From NCBI GenBank assembly GCA_013239625.1, contig MU057344.1:13103276-13167275 (forward strand): a DNA stretch of 64,000 nt. Reading direction: 5' to 3'. This document shows, piece by piece, positions 52,905 to 64,000 of this stretch (positions are counted from its first letter, which is position 1; each line of letters starts with the position of its first letter). Position numbers and translations under genes: made by a program. The DNA comes from Lama guanicoe. Taxonomy: Eukaryota. The notes beneath the pieces were generated by a model. The model searched no databases. It saw only the letters and a list, made by a program, of their open reading frames with translations, and had not been told where the DNA came from.

Positions 52905-55900
52905 TGGGGGGCGGGGGGAATCTGCTGAAGAAGCTTTCACCCCTGCACAGCTGCTCCAATGAGCCCACTGCTCCCATCAGCCAGGCCGGGCAGAATCAGG
53001 CAGCGGTTTCTTTGCTCATTAAACTCTGAAGGAGCTTCGTACCAGCGGAGGCAGGAAGAGAAATTTTAAAAGCCTTTTTTCCTGAGGTACTTAAAAGTTC
53101 CATGGTGACCACCCTGCCCTCATCACAAAATTCCTTTGCAGCTTCACCTTTGAAGATGGTTTGACCTTAGCAGGACATATGGGAAGTAACATGCTGTAAT
53201 GTTTTCATTTTTAAAGACAGTAGTAATTCCGTGGACAATATGCTGGAACCAAAGCTGGGTCTGACTCTTCCCTTGGTCACGTATCAGGTAGGGGCCTCAC
53301 GTGGCTCTGGGACATCCTCAGGTCCATCTATAAAAGGGGATCCTCCCACTTAGTTTACAGAGCGGCTGTGAAGGTAAACGAAGTAATGGATGAGATGTAT
53401 TAATGATGAGGCACATACATACTAGTGCTTCTGACATTTGATGGATGTTCATTAAAGCTATTTCTTTTCCTATGTCATTCACTGAAAAAGACTTTATGAA
53501 GAATGAAAAGAGGCGGAGTCAAATTCTAAATCTGAGACCAAACAAAAAATAATTTCCGTTTTGAACTTCATAATCTCCTATGGAAAATAACAAAAGCATA
53601 CTACAGGGTGGCTGACATTAAAGGGGATGGGAGACAGCTTTCAAACCACCTAGCTTTGGAGAATTTCAAGCCTGAAGCCATAGTGGGTAATTTACCGTGA
53701 CTGTTCTGGAATGGTCAGGACCAGTGGACATATCGTTACAGTCTCCTGGAGCAAAGTCTGCTTCACTCCCCAAGGAACAAGCACACAAAAGGAAGCAAAT
53801 AACCCTGTACTTTTCTCCTTTGCTCGTTTGGTTTCAGGTTTAACTGTCTGGACTGCACGTGCAGTCTCATTCTTAATGCGATCAAATGAGGGTCTATTAA
53901 TCTGCATATAACAGAACTCATCAGAATTTCAAATAACTTCTGGCCATAGCTATGGGGTGGGGGCAGGTCAGGTGAGGGGCCCCGGGGAAGTCCCACATTC
54001 TCTTTCTAAGCAAATGATGCCATTTCATCCTAGTTTAGAAGGGCTGCCTAGTTGCCACCTTGACATAAATCACCATCAGGTGGCAGGGTCCTTGCCTCAG
54101 CCACAGGCTGGGGCCCTGAGAGGCCACCTCCCTCTGGAGAGGCGCCCTGGGTGGGGAACAGAGGGCCAGTCCAGCACCTCGGGCCCAGGGTCCGCTTTCT
54201 CACTCTGCCCTGCTTTAGTCAGACAGCTGAAGTCCATTCAAACAGCAAAATGCATGCATGAAAAGGCTCACCACGACTTTCCAAGGAATGGAGTTCATTA
54301 ACATACTGCTGCAGGCCCCTGGCGGGAATGCCTTCTCCCCTTGTAAAGGGGGAACTGCAGCACAGAATCGCCTGCAGGAAAGCGCAGAATAAGCTCAGAA
54401 ACATCAACAAGACAGAGGCTGTGCAGGGTCCCTGCACAATTACCAATCATCCAGGCCATTCCTCTACCCCTGCTCCAGAGACAACATCCGGCCCTGGAGA
54501 GAAAACTTCCCTGGAGACCCCACCGCAAACACGCGAGTGGAAGCCAAGCGCCCCCACCCCCAAGAGAAACCCACAGAGAACCTGCCCAGGTACCAGGGAA
54601 CGAATAGGGGGCAGCACAGGCCCCTCCTCGCCTGGCAGGGCTACAGAACCCTGGCCCCAGCCCCGTGCACCGGGGGGGGGTCACCCCCTTCCCCTGGGCT
54701 CCTGGGGGCCCGACAGCAAGGAGACTAAGTGCTGAGGGGAGACCCAGTCACAAAGCCCAGCTGAGCATCTCCAACCAAGGTTCCAGAGCACCAGCGCACA
54801 CACACAGCAAAGCCACGTCCCTGGATGTGGGGAGGGGGGCCGCTTCCCGGAGCAGCAACTTGACTCAAGGCCTTGGTGGAGAAAGCATTCTTTTTATGTT
54901 AAAATGTCTTGCATGTGGGCATGTTATGGTTTGGAATGCACTTTTTAAAAAAGACAAAACACAAAATTCTCTGCTAGAGGCAGCCACTTTCGGCTTTGCC
55001 CTCAAAACTCCAAAGATATGTATGTGCTCTCTGCAGGAATACTTTGTCAGAAATACTTCGGGAAAGGATCTGAGAAGCAGTTACGAGGCCAGGTGCAAGG
55101 TGGCCAGCAACCAGTCAGAAGAGAGGGTGCAGCTCGCTGAAGAGCCTGTACCACCTTCAGGCAAAGAGAAGGAAAAGAGCCGGGCCTGCTGTGACCCGTG
55201 ACAGGTATGCTGCGTGCAGAGCGGGCGTGGCCGAGCCCTCCCCCTTCCAGAAAACCGCGCCTGAGCTTGCCTGAGCTCCCCAGTAACGTCAGCTCTGTGG
55301 AGCGAGGCCTTTCATCGTGCAGCCCCAGCGCCCAGGATGGGGTGTGGTGCTCAGAGACGTTAAATACTTGGAGAAAGAATAGCTCAGTCCCGCGACTCTA
55401 GATAGCCGTCTGCAGAGCTGATTAGCTGGTCAAGACCAAAGGGCCGAGACAATCCAGCCAAGGTCATTCTTATCACGGATCCAGCTCTAGGCTCCCTGTA
55501 TTTTTTTTTCCCCTGTGGAAGAAAAGCCAAGGAGTAAAGGTTGTGTTTCTTCCCGGGGCTGAGCGCAGCGTCTGGTTCACAGGAGGCGCTCAGTAAATGT
55601 TGGCTGAATCCACTGGCTTTTCACCTAGGCTAAGACCTCTTTAGCATGAAGACATTTTAAATGCTGTCTTTGAAATAAAGGAGGAAAATATGCTGGTATG
55701 AGACTGTTTTAAATCTGGTTACTCTCCAACACAGATGAACCTGATCATGTCTGGCCTCCCGGGCCCCCCGCCCAGCACATCCTTATCCCCTGCGGACAGA
55801 ACTGAGCTCTATGCTCTCTTCCACACAGCTCTCCCAGGGAAAAGCACTTCCAGATCTCACAGGTTCAACTATTAGGGACTGAAAAATGGCGATGCTTTGC

Positions 55901-58900
55901 AGAAATCAGATAGATAATCAGTAACATTAATGACTATTAAATAGTAACATTAGCCTTAATTTCAATCACAAAGGTGTGCGAGCTTGACTTCCTGGCTGCT
56001 TCACGAAGCGGGGTGTTGGCAACACAAGCTGGAGGTCTCTGCTCACTGGTTCACCCCGCGCCCTCCAGCTGCCAAGCAGGAATCTCCCTGCAGACTTCAC
56101 ACTACCTACAGGTGGACAACTTCTGTGAACTGCTCAAAGTATAGGTCTGCTGAGGCTGGCCCTTTCTATTTCTGGAGGGCAATTCTGGCTGCTAAAAAGA
56201 AATGTGCTGAGATGAAAACCGATCAAATTCTCCACTCCCTGGTCCAAGCATCAGGACTTCCACCGCTAACGCACAGGCCTGGCAGAATGGCCAAGATGCT
56301 TTCCCAGCTCTGAAGTCTTCCCCCTTGCCTGAGCAAAGTCTGGGAAGACCCAAGGGCTGGACCTTCGGGTGACTACAAGCAAAGGCGGGAGAAGGAATTA
56401 AAACCTGAAGCAACCAACGTTTGCAAGCAAAGACTTTTCTGCCCGGTTAAACAGACTTAGGGCTATTTTTGGTTTGCTCTTAAAAAGGCAAAGGACGATG
56501 GCCTGCTGGGTGCCAATTTGCAGAAACAAACTCCTTCCTCAGCTCAGGGCTCAAAATACACCCCAGCCGAGAAGTTTCGGCTAGCGCTGCCAATGTGCAG
56601 AGTAAAGCCATAGAAGGTCAAAGTTTAGGAAGCCAAGGGAGCATCTTAGCATCATATGATTCCTGCCCACATGGACTTGTGGGTATTTCTGAAACAGCTT
56701 AACAACGGACTTCGGCTGGCTTCATTCTGGTACAATGGGATTAATATGTGATAAAATGATGTTTTGGTCATCTGCAAAGAAAGGTCAGTTCCCACCAATG
56801 AGAGCACACATCATAATCCCAAGGCAGCAAAAGCTCTGCTGGTGGAAAGAAAAAAAAAAAAGAAAAAGAAAACCGATCTGGCATGATAAATTGGGCTGCC
56901 CTGGCCAAGCTGCCAAACATACGCCACATTTCTCTTTAATTCTACTCTGAAATCGGACCACTGGTGGACTGGATCAATCCCCCCAAGGCTCTCTGGCTCT
57001 GACATCTAAGCGAGGCCATTCCCTTCACAGGGAACGCTGGCAAATCCTAACATTCTTGTCAGTCTTATACTTGGAGACTTTTCTTGAAAACAACCGCCTC
57101 CCCGTCATTATTTGAGGCAGGTGAGCCCGGGAGGAATGCCTGCAATGCACACCGGGCCAGAGCATGAGCTGCTCTGAAAACATCTGACTGATCCCAGATT
57201 CCACGAAACAAAGGCCCAGACGCACTGCTTCTCAATGGGCCCACAACAGGGCAGGTTTTCTACAATTACCACTTTGGGAAGAAAACAAAACAGGTGAACT
57301 TCAGAGTCACAGAGATACATTCAACAGGGACCAACTCTTAAAAGAATAGAAGAATTTTGCAGCAAATCCAGTTAAAAAACAACAACAACAAAAAGAACAA
57401 AAAAACACCCTGTCATTTCCAGGGAAAAGACAAGAAAAATAGTAGCAATGAAAGAAAAACATTCAGAGAAGTAATTTTCAGGACTGGTCATTGGATCCAG
57501 CACAAACCAGCCCAAATGCCCCGCACACACTGCAGTGCATAGCAAGGACCTTGAAGCAAGCAAGACCATTAATCAGAAGGTGGCTTTTGAAGCATGTCAA
57601 TATAGTTTTAATGAGGCATGCCTTACCAGATCCTAATTCATTGAAAAGTCATGCTCCATTTCCATTTTGACACTCATCATAGTTTAAATTAAAAAATTAA
57701 TGAGAATACCAAATCCCCAGTCCATCCCGGTTGATGGGAATCCATCATGGCATCCTGCTCAGCCTCAGCAGGGAGACGGGGGCCCAAGGTTAGTCCCCAT
57801 ACCACCCGGCAGGGGTCCAGCCTCCCATGAAGCAGTGGACAAAAGCAAACTGCACATCCTAAGTGGCCCAGCTCTAAGAAGGGAATGTCTTCCATGTCTC
57901 TACTGTACTTTTAATTACGTTAACTTTAAATAATTTTCCACAATACACCTATGGCTTAATATTTTAGATTAATAATGAATCAAATTATTCAACACTTCTT
58001 CCCCAGACAGGTAAGACAGACACATGAGGAAGATGCACCGTATTTACTCTGCTGCTCTGAGTGTGAGTGATTCGACCCGAAGGCTCCCAGCAGTTATCCC
58101 AGCCGGAGCAGTCAGGATTCCTGTGCCACCTAGTTCGCCACAGCACCACCTTGCTTCTTCCTCAGAGTCTACATCACCTAAAAAAAGGTGAAGTGGTGAT
58201 ACGGACATCTGAGGGGTAGTGTGCAAATTAGGTGAAATGATAACACAAATGGCAGCATCCAGCTCAGCCCCGGGAATACAGCAGGTGTCAGCGAGTGTTA
58301 GCTGCCGACCCCACAACCTACGTCTGCCTCCCTCCCCGCCTCCAGCCACATTCCACAGAAGACAGAGTTAAAAGTGGGAGAGCAGCGCAATCTGACAGTA
58401 ATCTCTGGGCTGCCGCACACCACACGTCGCCTATCAGGGACAGAGTGTGGTGTGTCCAATCTGGGCCTAAGTTCCCTCCAGCACACTAAGCCCCCAGGCT
58501 GCCTCTCTCACCTGACGCGCCTTCCGTCACCATCAGCGCTGTGGTTTCCCTGCTGAGCCCAAGTAAAACCGGCTCGGGCAGTGAGGGAACTGGCTGTCCA
58601 GGCTCCCACCAGCGCAGCTGCATGCGCATCTGACATACAGAGTGAAGTGGGAGCCACAGAGAAACTGCCCAGCTGCGGTAAAACACTTCTGCCATAAGAA
58701 CAAGACAGCCTGTTGAACACCAAGAAGACTCCGCTGAGAAAAATGTGCTCATCGCTTCTTCTATGTTTGGTCTATTTCTAAATCAGAGTAATAACTACAT
58801 CGGTGAACTAAGCAGAAACGCAGCCGAGCACGCTGTCGGGCTGAGCAGGAAAGCAGCAGTCTCTGCAGCTGACCCATGGAGGGGACGGACCCCACCCTCG

Positions 58901-60514
58901 GCTTCTGCCCCCTCCTCCCATGCACCCCACCCAACCCGCACACAATCAATCAAAACTCTCCGACCCAGAAAAAGAAGGCACACAGCACCTCCCAGGCTGC
59001 ACCCTGCAGTGCTACCCCGCAGGACTGAGGGGCAGTAAATAAGGCCGTGCAGGTAAACTGCTCAGCACGCAGCACTGCACACAAAAGTTCCTAAGTGGGC
59101 AGATGGTGACAATTTCACATCACGTGCATGCCCTCCCTGCTGACTTTCAAGGACACCTCCTACCTTTCCAACTTAACATTTCATCATTTCCCAATAAAGA
59201 TCATTTCTTTGACTCACATTTCATATGCTCATCCAATGTCTGAGCCAATGTTTAAAACTTAGGCTCTTCCACATAAAACTCCAACTGTATGGCACCCCCA
59301 GAAAAACCTGAAAATAAGCCACAGATGCTCATACTCCCACAGGACAAGAAGCGACTGTGACAAAGGGTCCACCCGCCAGACCCCTTCTTTACACCAAGGC
59401 CATTTTAGGGATCTCTTCCACCTCCCACCCCCAACCCTGGGCTCTGGGTGTGTGACCCCAATTCTGAGCATATAGTGGGCTCACTTGCGTCACAATTCAA
59501 CCTTCTGTTCTTTAACACTCGTCTAAAATGGCGATCTGTCTAGCCAGGACCTGTCAGTTTCCATCCACCACCACCTCGCTCCCATCACAAGCACCTGCAG
59601 CTGGCTTTCTCATCAGCGCCATTTACCTCGAGAAATCTCCTCCTCGCTTCTAAATTATCACACAGAAAAGACAGCAAGCCTCAACTCCGCCCACAGCTTT
59701 GACTGTTCACACAGCTGCCTCTCACTGGGAGCTTGTGTCCCTATAAATACAAACAGCTGCACAATGGACCTTCCAGACCTCTGTGAAGAGCTTTATCTGT
59801 GAATGACGCAGGTCTCCTGCAGTAGCGTTTTTTCCCTAGTAAAACTGTTCTGAATTCATACGATGGAACTAAATGTATCACTACGGCATAAGAACGAGTT
59901 CTCAAGTCACCATTTTAAATGAAATCTAACTGACAGCAATGGTTGGCAACTAATGGTTACACCCAAGAAGGCAGGGGACACAAAGAAAAGAATAAGGGAC
60001 AATCTCGGAGGGCTCAGGTTCTGACCCGGAGTTGGAACCCACTGGCCCAATGATCTAGTAACTCAGCTGGCTCTTGAGGACTGATTTTATTTTACTTCTT
60101 TTCATTATTTCCCATAGCTTTATAGGTGTTTTCAAATACTTTGAACATTTTCCAATAACATTATGGGGCCAGTTAATCTTTGGCATTTTGAGACCAATCA
60201 TTCCACATATATGAATACACAAGTAAAGATTTAAAAAATACATGTGATGAGCTCTTTTTTTTTAAGCCAATTTTTGGGTTTTATTCCATTTCAAGCTAGA
60301 ATTGAAGCCATAAAGCATTTGTACTGCTTCAGCTGGAGAAACATCCCCCGTGGCAGAGACTAGCAGAACCTGGTACCGGGCCCTGCTGGAAGCCTGCTGG
60401 ATGTGTGTGGCCTTTTCTTCCCTGTTCCTAAAGGTAAGCTCCCAGCAAGTGAAAGCAAGGCATCGGGGGCAAGGGGACAAGTTGTAATCAGAATGCCTGT
60501 GTTGGGTTTTACTA

Positions 60515-60799
<285 letters not shown>

Positions 60800-62302
60800 T
60801 CAAGGGAGAGACAGGAGCGTCTGAGTCACTGTGCACCAGAAACACGAAAAACGAAACAAAACAAAAACCCTTTTCAAAAACATCCTCGCAGTTGCAGCTT
60901 GCTGGGGCATCCTGAGACCAGACAGGCCTGCGGGGGCCCCTCCCCACATCTCCTGGAGGGAGATGCACCAGTCCCTCTCTGGTAGCAGTGTCTGTCTCAA
61001 GTGGAAACATCCAAAAGATACTCAAGCAAGTGGGAAGTGGGCTGGAGAGCTGGGAAAGCTGCCTTGCTTTACCCACATCTCAAAGCCCCATCAACTTTCC
61101 TTCCCCAAGGAGACAGATCATCAGACGTATTAACTCCCAACTGGTTCCACAGTGAGCTGGCTCGCGTCACAGGTTAGGCAACGTCCTTTGCTGGAACCTG
61201 GACGTGAAGATCAGGAAATATGCTGGATGAGATCCATGCCAAGGGAATGAGCTCCAGACCAAGGATGAGCTCTACGCCAGGGGAAAAACAAGTGGCAAGA
61301 TGTGAGCAGATGTTTACAGTTCTTCAGCCGTTCAGCTGAGACTGGGTACACCTTCCTGGGTGCCAGGTCCTTGCAAAACAGACCAAGACCTGTACCACCT
61401 ACAGCCAAGCGCCCGCTCTCACTGGCCACATGAACTGCATGTGCATAAACTGAGGGCTGTGCTGCCATAAGGTCTGGGAGGATCCAGACAGCCAGTGTTC
61501 CCTGAGCACCCTCCCTGAGCTGTACACGAGTGCTTCACAATAAGCCCTCCATTTCATATTCATGCTGCAAATATTTGTGGAGAGCCACCATGTGCCAGTC
61601 ACCACAAATATGTAATAAATAATGAAGGGAGGGAGGGAGGATCTGACTGGGAGCAAGACTGGTAAAGAACAAAGTATTAATCGTGCACAGCGGGCTACAG
61701 CACAGGAGAGGCCACAGGAGGAATGACCAGAAACCAGGTGAGAAAGGAGGTCCAGTGAAATGGTGAGGACATCGCACGTGACCCCAAGATGGGCAAGTAA
61801 GGCAGCCGGGATCCCCGACACAACCAACCCGACGCACTCTCTGATTTGTATCCTGAATCCGCTCTGCTCAGGCCTATCTCGGGATTTTTAAAACCCCTAA
61901 ACCAACAATCTAAAGAATCTTCATAGACTATACAAGGTCTTCCTGGCAACACAACATTTGGTGGTAATGAAATACAACCTTTGGGGAAAAAAATTATATT
62001 TATTTATTTATATATATATATATATAAAATAAAACCTTTGATTATGGCTCCATTAGCACTTCCAGGCAAATGAACCACAGACAGGCTGCGGGACAAGGAC
62101 CCACTTTATCCACACCAAAGACATAACACATTAAGTTAACTGGAGGCAATTTCACTTCCAGGTAATTGATATGGCATGCACGGCAGGTCGTTTTCAAAAA
62201 AGAAAAAAACAAAAACAAAAAAACCTTATCCCCTGCTCAGTATGGTTATCAGTGACAATTTATTCTGAGACATACAACAAACTGGCTATAACCTGCAGAG
62301 AA

Positions 62303-62350
62303 ACACACACACACACTCTCTCTCTCTCTCACTCTCTCTCTGTCTCTCTC
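62303..62350. repeat. Compound microsatellite (CA)n(CT)n
   Basis: Directly visible. A short (TA)n also lies at about 62008-62026. Confidence 0.9.
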
Positions 62351-62621
62351 CAGAGAACTTACAGCACTTGCTCTGCTTAGTGAAACACTCCAGCAACCAG
62401 GTATTCCCTGCTTGGGCCATGTCTTCTATGCCAGCCAAGGCCACGGTGATGTGGGTCTAGCCAGCTGCCAGGGTAAGACATTCTGACACCACTTCTAGGG
62501 TCAAGAACACAAATAAACTGATTTGACACTAGAGGGACTTACAGCCAACGGCCTCTTCTGGCACTCAGTAACTTATGATCCTGGGCAAATTTCTTCAAGG
62601 AATCTCTGCTTGTTTACCCCA

Positions 62622-63022
62622 TGAAACGGAATAAAGGAAACCCCACTGAAAACAGAAAGAGAGGCAGAAGGGGGCGCTCTCTTGCACTACCAGACAACAC
62701 ACGCCAATAGGGAAAGAGGTGCCTGGCATTCCCAGCAGGAAGGGGTCTCTACACCCCAGAGGAGGAAGTAAGAGTTCTCCTTGCTCAGGAACCCCAGCCA
62801 GTGGGAAGCCACCATCACCCTGAACTCTCAGTTTCCGCCAATGGACGTTCCTTCCAAGCGCCCCTCTCTGTGCCCGCTTTTTTCTATAATGTTCCTCTCC
62901 TTTGTTTGCTGGACTTGTGTATAGTTTTTGCTATTCTTTTCCTGAACTGCAATTCTCTGCTATTCCTGAATAAACCCATTTTGCCAGTAAAATAACTGGC
63001 TGTTTTATTTTTAAGGTTGACA
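62622..63022 (+). mobile_element. Solo LTR (ERV1-class-like, about 400 bp) inserted into a MIR
   Basis: TG...CA termini, CCAAT boxes, AATAAA near 62969, and the 3' end gctattcctgaataaacccattttgccagtaaaataactggctgttttatttttaaggttgaca. MIR-like halves lie on both flanks. Confidence 0.65.
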
Positions 63023-63344
63023 ATCCATAAAATAGGGATTAATACCTACTTCACGAGGTTGTTGGAATGATTTAGCTAACAGCTGTGAAATGTTTAAAAA
63101 TAGTGGTATGGGTTTGATTGGGAGTATTTTTTGTGTATATGTGCAAAAACGTGATTGAATTAAAAATTTTTTAAAATATAAATATTTTATAACATTTGCC
63201 TGACTCAACCCAACCCTAAAGTCTTTTCCTGTTGCCCTCAACTGGAGCTAGGTGTTCAACTTCCACAAAATAGCTATGTACGCCCTTGGCCGTGCAGGAA
63301 TAGAAAACCCTAAATGATTCAAGTTAAATTAGTTAAAAGGTGTA

Positions 63345-64000
63345 AATTAATGGGCCAAAGACCGTTAACAGACTTCTCACCAATGAAGAGATACAGTGGC
63401 AAATAAGCATATGAAAAGATGCTCAACATCACGTCACCAAGAAATGCAAATGAAAATGAGATACCATTACACATCTACTAGAATTGGCTGAAATCCAGAA
63501 TTTTATTAACACAAAAAGCTGAAAAGAATATGAAGCAACAGTAACTCTGATTCCTTGCTGGTGGACAGGCAAAATGGTACCACCACTTTCAAAAACAGTT
63601 TGGCGGTTTCTTACAAAACTAAACGTGTTCTTAACACACAATCGGGGCAGTCATGCTCCTTGGTACTTCCCCAAAGAAGCTGAAAACTAGTGTCTACACA
63701 AAAACCTGCCCACAGATGTTTATATCAGCTTTAATTTTTGACAAAACTTGGAAGCAGGCAGATGTCCTTCAGTAGGTGAGTGGATAAAGAAACTGTGGTA
63801 CATCCAGACAATGGAATGTTATCAAATCATGAAAAGACCTGATGAAAGAAGCCCATCTAGAAAGGCTACCAACTATATGACTCCAGCTGTATGACGTTCC
63901 AGAAAAGACAAGACTACAGAGATAATGTTAAAAAAAAAAAATTCAGCGGTTGCTGGGGGCTGGAGGGGAGCGGATGAGCACAGGCAGAGACCTATCCGGA
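63345..64000 (+). mobile_element. Old L1M fragment (ORF2 C-terminal region and 3' UTR)
   Basis: ggcaaataagcatatgaaaagatgctcaacatc...gaaatgcaaa...gagataccattacacatctactagaa...aaaatggtaccaccactttcaaaaacagtttggcggtttctt...gtggataaagaaactgtggtacatcc. Confidence 0.9.

Noticed and set aside
53851-53866. Perfect 16-bp palindrome centred on CACGTG
   Set aside because: About one such palindrome is expected per 65 kb by chance; noted only as part of the pseudo-exon finding.

Overview
Mammalian (non-primate, non-rodent; repeat content suggests a cetartiodactyl, possibly a camelid) genomic DNA lying entirely inside the CAPZB gene (F-actin capping protein beta subunit), transcribed on the minus strand. 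Four coding exons are directly readable with GT-AG boundaries and translate to peptides identical to human CAPZB as I recall it: exon 2 (60707-60796), exon 4 (25369-25482), exon 5 (7332-7473) and exon 6 (6849-6965). The 122-nt exon 3 is not visible and very probably lies in the 164-N assembly gap at 30516-30679. Exon 1 (and the testis beta3 first exon) lie beyond 64000 and exons 7 onward lie before position 1. The rest is intronic: LTRs (MER21-like, ERVL/MaLR-like, ERV1-like), L1/L2/L3 fragments, MIRs, MER5A/MER53/MER58/MER103-type DNA transposons, microsatellites and several motif-dense non-repetitive blocks that look like enhancers. Apart from the few that overlap CAPZB exons, the supplied ORFs look like chance ORFs in GC-rich intron. 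I found no evidence of a previously undescribed biological system. The best leads are the gap-hidden exon, a frame-compatible pseudo-exon, a dyad E-box/hairpin element and candidate intronic enhancers. Repeat names and exon numbers come from recalled consensus and human gene structure, not from a database search, and repeat boundaries are approximate.
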